Assembly (NCBI GenBank): GCA_051294375.1
Contig: CM119267.1
Coordinates: forward strand, 4,049,260-4,113,259
Direction: 5' to 3'
Origin: Paraspadella gotoi
Taxonomy: Eukaryota > Animalia > Chaetognatha
DNA length: 64,000 bases
Position 1 is the first letter of the stretch. Every line of letters begins with the position of its first letter. The notes under the pieces are model-generated. The model did not search any database and had not been told where the DNA came from. It worked only from the letters and a program-made list of their open reading frames with translations. Positions 56,056 through 64,000 of the stretch are shown piece after piece. The translations under genes were made by a program, and so were the position numbers.

Positions 56056-56394
56056 ATGCGTTATCTGGCGGCCTACCTCCTCTCGTCCCTCGGCGGTTCC
56101 GATCCCTCCGTCGAAGATGTCGAAAAGATCCTTGGCTCCGTCGACGCCGAGTTCGAATCCTCCCGCGTGGAGCGAGTCGTCGAGGCGCTCCGCGGTCGCG
56201 CGCTGCAAGAAATCATCGAGTCCGGTCGCGGAAAGATTGGCGCAGTTGCCATAGGGACGGTGGCTCCGGCCTCCAGCGCCCCCGCCGAGAATGAGGCGGC
56301 GGAGACGACGGCGGAAACTGCGAAGGACGTGGAAACCAAAGAAGCCGAGGAATCGGAGTCCGACGACGACATGGGATTCGGTCTCTTCGACTGA
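56056..56394 (+). CDS. RPLP2: 60S acidic ribosomal protein P2
   Basis: [10 protein letters not shown]-terminus and [16 protein letters not shown]-terminus; probable 5'-UTR intron 55960-56055. Confidence 0.95.
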   Translation: MRYLAAYLLSSLGGSDPSVEDVEKILGSVDAEFESSRVERVVEALRGRALQEIIESGRGKIGAVAIGTVAPASSAPAENEAAETTAETAKDVETKEAEESESDDDMGFGLFD

Positions 56395-56633
56395 GGGATT
56401 TGTGCTCCTCCGTTCCGGACGAGAATTGTTACTATTTTTAGAATTTTTTTTTTTTTTTTTTTAGTAGAAAATTTAAAAAATTATTTTGTCATGTAAAATT
56501 ATCCGTTTTTCAGATAGTGAAAAAAGCTGGAGCTATGTGATCAAAAACGGGAATAAATAAGAGTTGCCACCTCGGTAACAAAACACATGTTTTATTCGAA
56601 AACTTCCTAGACGTGTTAATTTCCCGCCCGGAA

Positions 56634-59600
56634 ATGCCTCCGGAACTTAATCCGGGCAGTGCCGATTCTCAGGGGGACGCCTCCAAAGGGGGCGTGACGC
56701 GGCGCCAGTCGGAGAATGAACCCGAAGTAGCGCCGGACTTTCATCATCGCCTATTTCACGATTCCGACGTGGAGGTGGACTCCAACGGCGGCGCCGACGA
56801 AGTGGATGGCGGAAGCGGCGTCGACTCGAACGACATTAAACCGATTCCCAACGGAGAAGGGATTAAAGTAAACGGGGAATTGGACGTCTCATCCTCCACG
56901 CGTAAACTCAGTCTGACCTCCAGCACCGCACCACAAGTGCCTTTAGTTTCCTCCGTGCAGAAGATCATCCTGTACGAAACCAAACAGAGGTTCTATCTCA
57001 TCGGGACCAATAACTTGGAGAATAAGTACAGGGTGTTAAAGGTCGACCGAACAGATCCCAAGGAACTCGTTGTTCACGACGACGGAGTCACGTATACGCA
57101 GAAGGAAATCAAACAGATGCTGCAAATGATTGACATCGGGAACAGGACCAAGCAGGCGAGGAAAACTCTCCAGCTATAATTTTTTATTTGACTTAGTAAT
57201 TTAAAATTTATATATATATGTGCATTTAATACTATTTATTAAATAAATCTGAACATCGCTCTATATTTCCAGGCGGCCCAGCGTCACATCGCGGGGATGA
57301 CAAAAACTCTTTCGGCTTTCGGAATCGTCGGTTTCGTCAAGTTTCTCGAAGGTTGGTCGTCTCTTAGCGATCGGAACTTGTTAGCCGTCGATCGACCCAC
57401 TTTTTCCCCTCCTCATTTCAGGTTACTACATGATCCTCATCACGAAGAGGCGCAAAGTGAGTCTCGTTGGCCACCACACCATCTACAAAGTCGAAGACGT
57501 CGCCATGGTTTACATTCCCAACGAGAGCGTGCGCAAGCACGACTCAGAAGAGGCCAAATTCGTCAAGATCTTCCAGTCCGTGGATCTCTCTTCCAACTTT
57601 TACTTTTCTTACTCCTACGACCTCACGCATTCGCTCCAGTACAACATGGCCAGGGTCAACGTGGGAACGCCCACCGAGGGGCTTGGATCCTATCGAGCGA
57701 GGAATTACGACTACGACGACGATGATGAGGAAGAATCTGCGTTGGCAAAGAACGGAAAGGGCGGGGAGCGGCCCAAGGTCCGGTTATCATAAACAAACGA
57801 ATAGTTTTTAAATAAAATATTAATAATCTTAAGTTTCATATCCCAGACGAACAACGTGGTGGTGGGCGTTCGCACGCTGCCTCACTATAAATTCACCTGG
57901 AACGAGTTTTTGCTGCGAGACTTCGAGACTCGGGTGCACAGCAGTTGGGTGTTGCACCTCATCCACGGCTTCGTTTCTCAGGGAGACCTCGAAGTTTTCG
58001 GTCGCAACATCTTTATCACATTGATAGCCAGGTACGAGGCTTTGAAATGGCATGGCGAATCCGTTTTAATGTTATTTTTTTATTTGTAGGCGTTCAAAGA
58101 AATACGCGGGAACGCGGTTTCTCAAACGCGGCGCCAACGTGGAGGGCGACGTCGCCAACGAAGTGGAGACGGAGCAAATCGTCAACATGGCCGACGTGGG
58201 CGACTGGAATCGCGGTACTTTTACCTCCTTCGTTCAGATGAGAGGCTCCATCCCTTTGTCGTGGAGTCAAGACGTCCGTCAGATCGTCCCCAAGCCTCCA
58301 ATTAGCATCGACGACATGGATCCCTTCTGCAAAAGTAAAAACCTATTTCTGGGCGACTTATCCGTGTTTGTTTTATTTTTTTATTATTATATATCTTTGA
58401 TATAAGTTCAAGGCGAACACTTCAACAAACTCCTCAGCCGATTCGGTTCCCCGATCATCGTCTTCAACTTGATCAAGAAGAAAGAGCGGCGCCTGTTCGA
58501 GTCTCAGCTCGGCGTCGAGCTAGAGAATTCCATTAAATATCTCAACCAGTTCCTCCCCGCGCATCACCAGATAGAGTATATCCACTTTGACATGGCGCGC
58601 GTGTCGAGGTCCAAGACCGCCGTCGTCATGGACAAGCTCATGGAGATCGCCGACGGTTGCGTACAGCGGACAGGAATTTTTCAGGTTTGTATTTCTGGAT
58701 AAAAGTTTTTTGAAAAAATATTTTTTAAAAAATGGCAATGATAACGAATTTAAAAAATGGCAATGATAACGATGGAAATGACTATTTCGCAATCTTTAAA
58801 TTTTTTCTCTTTAGAATTTTTCGGATTTGTTCTGTCATTCCCTCCGTCCCGACGCGACGTTCGAGTCCCTCTCCAACGCGGATCCGGGACGGTCAGGCGC
58901 CGGTCGGATTCAGACCGGAGTGATCAGAACCAATTGCGTGGATTGTCTGGACCGGACGAACACGGCCCAGTTTGCCATCGCCAAGAAAGCGCTTGCCTTC
59001 CAACTTTACTCTCTCGGCGTGATCGACACGTCGCAACTCGAATTCGATTCAGACTGCGTCCGAATGCTGGAGGGCCTCTTCGAGGATCACGGCGACACGC
59101 TCGCGTTGCAGTACGGCGGATCTCAATTGGTGCATCGGATTCGCAGCTACAGGCGCCTTTCTCCATGGCTTCAGTCCAAGTCCAACGACTTTTTTACCAA
59201 CGTCACTCGTTACTACAGCAACGCTTTCTCCGACGCCGACAAGCAACAAGCCATCAATCTGTTTCTCGGCGTCTTTCAGCCTCGTCTTCTTCGCAACAAA
59301 TTCAATCAGTCGGCGACGTCGTTCGAGCTTGACTACTACCTTCACCACTCGGCGCCGCGAGCCTTGACTCCGCGGCGTCGTTTCTACACTCAATGGTGGG
59401 ACGACGACGTTTGGGCCGCCTTGCCCAGGCCGCTGGAGGAGGCGAAGAAGGATCTCGACGTGAAGGTGGCGCTAGAGTGTCGCGCCACGGACGAGAGGGT
59501 CGACTCATATCGCGAATATTACAGACCGCACGAACTGACCTCTCTCGACGACCTCTACTGCTCCAATATGATAAACAGCAATCGCGACTACACTCCCTCC

Positions 59601-60827
59601 TTTTCCAAGAATCTGAGCCCCTTCGCGGTGAGAGCTCCGCAAGACAAAGCCGGCGCCAGCGAAAATTCCGGATTGAAGCACGTTTCGACGGGACTACCCG
59701 CCTCCACTGGGACCATGAATCACAGGCCGGGAGAGAAGCTGGATCGCAGGTTAGTTAATTTTGTTTCGAGACTCTGCCCGTGAGGTTTTTTGGTAGGAAA
59801 AAGATATTTCCTTTAAACCGGGAGGCTGAGTAAATTGTTTTAGCATTTATGCTACAACAATACAGTAGTTATTACTGTAATTAAATGTAGTTATTACTTT
59901 CAGGTCAATCGACGGGAGCGAAGACAGCAGCGACACCGACACGGACGACGATCTCGATTCTCTGTCGGACCTCGAATTTCCCCTTTTAAAGGCGGCGCCA
60001 ATCGTAAGCGATACTCTCGCGATGGATAGCTGGAATGCTTGGAAAGATGTCTACGTTATTGTGCGGGAAGCATGCCTGCACTTAGGGAAGAAGGTGCATT
60101 TTGTGAGGGAGGAGTTGGAAATAGATATCAATGTCTTTCATGAAAAAGGGAATTAATTCGTTCCGATACTTTTTTAATACTTAGCAGGCGCCGCTCATCC
60201 TTCTTTAATGCTACGTAGCTTCAGCGTGAATGGTGATTTAGACGTACTAATAACTAATACTGTTTAGCGTGGGGTGAAATCGAATGTTAATGACGAAGAA
60301 CATTTTCTCATTTTCCCCCCTTTATTTACAAAATTGTTATAAAGGTGACGATGCCGGAGATTTTTCCGTCCATGAAGGACGTTTACGGGTGCGTCATCGT
60401 CGATCCCAAAGCCAATGACATCAACATGTACAAAGAGTTCACTACAATCGGGTTGAACGCCGGCTGCGGCGCCGCCTCATCTGCAGCCTCTGCCGCAACC
60501 TCTGTTGCTGCCGCAGCTCCGGACGAACCCGCCGTCGTTCCGGTGAAAGAGAAGACTTCGCCTTCGTCCACGACGTCGAACTCGACGGAGGAGATGACGC
60601 CGAAGAGCCGGTTGCCGACGCCGACGGAAATGATGGCGTCGACGACGACGCTGATTCAACGATCCGTCTTTTCTTTGGACAACTCGAGACAAGTGATGCC
60701 GCCCACCGTGAAGAGGAGCAACAGGGACGTGTACGAGCAGTATGTCCACCGGGCCAAAGGGCCGCAAGAACCCTCGGCCTCTTCCATGAAAAAGTATCAG
60801 GATTTTGTGGGAATGTTGTATCAGTAA
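56634..60827 (+). CDS. FIG4: PI(3,5)P2 5-phosphatase FIG4/SAC3; multi-exon
   Basis: [52 protein letters not shown], catalytic [28 protein letters not shown]. Confidence 0.95.
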
Positions 60828-60971
60828 AATTGGTTGAAAGCATTGAACTAGTCGGGTCTTCAGGTTCATTCACCGTTTATTGCAAGGATGTTGCTTACAA
60901 TTACTAATGAGCAGTGTTATTAACTTGGGGTCATAGTCACGTCTTGTCATTGGAAACTACTCTCGAATGCT

Positions 60972-61631
60972 TTAATAAATTAGTATGTCTTTGTAGCTAT
61001 TTTTTTTTAAGTTTATATCAACGATAGAATGTCTTAAAATTTTTAAACAAGAACCGGCAAGTTCAAGGTGTTTCGCCGCAGTGACTTTCTTATGCGTACG
61101 CATTTCAATTATAACAGGCATTATAAACTGGAAAGTGACTGGACCAAAAATTAAGCTTGCTGTTGCTGGAGTTGGTGGTGTTGCCGAAACAATTTCGCCG
61201 CCGCCATTTGCCATTTGATAAATAAGATTCTTCTCCACACTTAATTTCTCCTCTTCCGTCTTCGGGTTTCTAACGAATCCTTTGGGAAATCTGTACAGAT
61301 AGAACATAAGAAACGCGACGTTGTTCTCGTTGAGATGGATATGGTCGTCTCGTACTGGCGTACCGGTTGAACCTCTCAGAGCATAAAGTTCTTTGCATTG
61401 ACGTTGAACGCCGTCACAGCAAACCACAAAAGATGGGCGTGGCATCGAGGCGAAGGCTTGCGGCACCGAGGATTGCGACGCCCAGGATCGCGGTACCGAA
61501 GCTAACGAGTTCTGCATCACCAAGGGTTTCGAAGTCGGAATCTTTGGTCGGAAGTCTTGAGGCAGCACCGGCGTCTCCTCCATTGGTGGCTGCGACGACT
61601 GCAACGGAACACCATCGTCGACCGCCGCCAT
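60972..61631 (-). CDS. Unidentified 219-aa ORF, convergent with FIG4
   Basis: ATG in gaaATGg context, 660-nt open frame, P/S/Q-rich N-terminal half; no recognised motif. Confidence 0.5.
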   Translation of the reverse strand: MAAVDDGVPLQSSQPPMEETPVLPQDFRPKIPTSKPLVMQNSLASVPRSWASQSSVPQAFASMPRPSFVVCCDGVQRQCKELYALRGSTGTPVRDDHIHLNENNVAFLMFYLYRFPKGFVRNPKTEEEKLSVEKNLIYQMANGGGEIVSATPPTPATASLIFGPVTFQFIMPVIIEMRTHKKVTAAKHLELAGSCLKILRHSIVDINLKKNSYKDILIY

Positions 61632-62334
61632 TTCGATTAGATTGAATGATTTCGGGTCGTCAGACTAAGAGTTAAGTTGCCGCCGCGACGAGCCAATGGA
61701 GGCCGACAGCGAGACGGGCGGAATGGCGTCGACTTTATTCTATTTTGTGATCACGTGTCTTCACAAGTATGATACATATGATGAAGTATTAACCGAGTTA
61801 TGAGCATTTTTTAATTTAATCGAGGTAGACCGACGTACAAACATATCAACCAACCGAAACCCAAGTGTCTTATAGAGTTGCTCCGCGAGAATTCCCGGGG
61901 ACATTAAAAAAGTTACTAATAGTTAGCTAATTAAGCTAGTTCAAGAAAGTTAAAAAATTTTATTGCTTATATTTTAAAAATATTTTTATGGTTGATATTA
62001 CTGACGAAATTGAATCATTATCGTTGTTTATTGTACTAACAACACATTCAAATGATATTTGAAGGATTTTTTGCACTTTCACCATCGGCATAGATGACGC
62101 TTTGATACGCTGTGATACGATTGTTTTTTCATGGACTGTGATATAATTGATGAATTCTATTTTCAAAGGGTGCAAATTTTTACTTGTTGGTTTTTGCGGA
62201 TAACCTCTTGACGATTTTTTTACCTTGGTCCGTTATTGATAATTTGGTATGCTAATTAATTTTCACTCGGAATACTTTTTTTTTATTAATGCAGTTCTTT
62301 CAAAAAAAAAATGGAATTCCCTTCGACGAAACGA

Positions 62335-63072
62335 ATGAAGAAGCGAAAAGAACTCGACGCTCTCGTCTCCTCCAAAAAATCTTCCAAAGTCTCCCTTCCC
62401 GATCGCCTCCCTTCGACTCGGACTCGAAGCGATCGTCGCCTTCTCCTCCGTTCCCAAGACTCCGAATCCGACGAGGCCGTTTCTTTTCGTCCCTCACCCG
62501 TCGAGACCGAGGTGGACTCCTGGGCCCGAAAGGATCGAGGCTGCTGCGGCGAATCCGTTCCGTCCGTCCAGCGGCACCACCGCGTCTGCGGAAGAGTCTG
62601 CCTCGTAGCCGCCGTCACTCTCTGCGCGATTAGCGTGGCCGGCCTCGGGTGGATGCAGTTGGGTCTGCGGCGCGAGATGAGGGCGATGGGCGCTCAATCG
62701 AGAACGTTGCATTCGGAGAGGATATCCTCTCGCCTTTCCCGACTTGAGACCGAGGACCGCGAACTGGAAACCAGAGTGGGCGAAATTGCAAAGGATCGAC
62801 TTCCCTCGGTGACGGCGGAACTGAAGTCGATGCTTCGTCGACTCGATAAACTCAACTCGACCGTCGAAGACTTGGGCGAATCGATCCGACGGGTGACGAA
62901 CTCTTCCTCCGTCGTGGGCGAAACGCGACGTCGGACTTTTGCCGAGACGTTGGACTCCCTCAAAGATTTCAAGCCTTGGCTTGTCAAAACTCTTTCCGCA
63001 ACCGAGAATACGCGCAGCAACGTCGGAGCTGGTTCTTCGGCAAACGAATCGGGCGCCAAAAACGTCGAATAA
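62335..63072 (+). CDS. EFCAB14 (KIAA0494)-like single-pass membrane coiled-coil protein, short form
   Basis: MKKRKELDAL...RRLLLRSQDSESDE resembles the EFCAB14 N-terminus; TM helix then coiled coil; no EF-hand before the stop. Confidence 0.65.
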   Translation: MKKRKELDALVSSKKSSKVSLPDRLPSTRTRSDRRLLLRSQDSESDEAVSFRPSPVETEVDSWARKDRGCCGESVPSVQRHHRVCGRVCLVAAVTLCAISVAGLGWMQLGLRREMRAMGAQSRTLHSERISSRLSRLETEDRELETRVGEIAKDRLPSVTAELKSMLRRLDKLNSTVEDLGESIRRVTNSSSVVGETRRRTFAETLDSLKDFKPWLVKTLSATENTRSNVGAGSSANESGAKNVE

Positions 63073-63297
63073 TGACGACCACTCAAGACTTATGAATAGC
63101 TTTCTTTTTTATCGGCGTAGCGATAATCCTTTTTATTAATTATCGGCGAAGTTACATCCTTTGTGTAATTGCTGTTGTTCCTTTCACACGTTTTTTTTTC
63201 TTTTGTTAAGTTATAAAGTAATGTACGCTAAAAGGGGCGCAATTGTGTGAATAATTGTGCAAAAGACAAAATCATATATCATCTCGATCTCATCAAG

Positions 63298-64000
63298 ATG
63301 TCACTTCGCGCCGCGAATCCGTGGCTTCTGCAGCGGATCATTGGCCGACGGTGCGGCGCATATCGTCTCAAATCCACCGAGACGAAACATTTCACCAAAA
63401 TATTGATCGCGAATCGAGGAGAAATCGCCTGCAGAGTCATGAGGTCAACTTCGCGCTTATTCGATCTTCGATTTTTTGGTCCCTGATTTTAAACCTCTTA
63501 CCTTAATTCTTATCGAATCAGAACCGCGAAAAAAATGGGCATTCGATCGGTCGCTGTCTACTCGGAAGCGGACGCGGGTTCGGTTCACGTTAATCTGGCG
63601 GATGAAGCATACGCCATCGGTCCAGCCACCTCGCAACTCTCGTACCTTAACTACGAGAAAATTCTCGAGGTGGCTCGAAAATCTGGAGCGGAGGCGGTGC
63701 ACCCGGGTGAGCGTGGACTCCACCAAAGCATGTTCTTTTGATGGTTGCGCAGTTTCTAATATTGCGAGGGAAAGGTGGTTGGGTTGTTCAAATCAAAAGG
63801 TGGTTGGGTTGTTCAAATCGCGATTTTGACTGACCCTTAGGCTACGGATTTTTGTCGGAGAACACGGAATTCGCGGAGGCGTGCGCGGCTCAGGGAGTGA
63901 CTTTTGTGGGTCCACCATCTTCTGCCATTCGTGATATGGGCATCAAAAGCACGTCAAAGGAAATAATGTTGGCGGCAGGAGTCCCTTGCATTCCGGTGCC
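63298..64000 (+). CDS. MCCC1: 3-methylcrotonyl-CoA carboxylase alpha subunit, 5' part (runs off window)
   Basis: [40 protein letters not shown] and MCCA-type [12 protein letters not shown]. Confidence 0.9.

Noticed and set aside
63770-63819. Short local duplications (also near 7007-7141, 10877-10912, 58722-58772)
   Set aside because: Simple intronic slippage duplications with no further structure.

Overview
Gene-dense, intron-containing eukaryotic DNA, very probably from an animal (it has a p63/p73-type gene with SAM domain, EFCAB14-like, ARL6IP1 and FAM151). Introns are short and AT-rich; exons are GC- and CpG-rich. Eighteen consecutive housekeeping genes (MRPS33 to FIG4, 12390-60827) all lie on the + strand, often 80-260 bp apart with splice-acceptor-like AGs just before the ATG, which suggests operons resolved by trans-splicing. 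Main points: (1) a DEAD-box RNA helicase that can splice in frame onto a topoisomerase III-beta with an RGG tail (1090-7890), a helicase-topo IA architecture recalling reverse gyrase; (2) a DIRS1-type tyrosine-recombinase retrotransposon (37530-42496) with intact termini, inserted 10 nt from a 3' splice site in the p63/p73 DNA-binding domain, with its internal complementary region 5' of the ORFs; (3) several GC-AG introns and many AAG acceptors; (4) lesions in ATP5F1B and RPS23 that may be assembly errors; (5) two unidentified minus-strand genes. Exon structures were assembled by eye; no searches were run.
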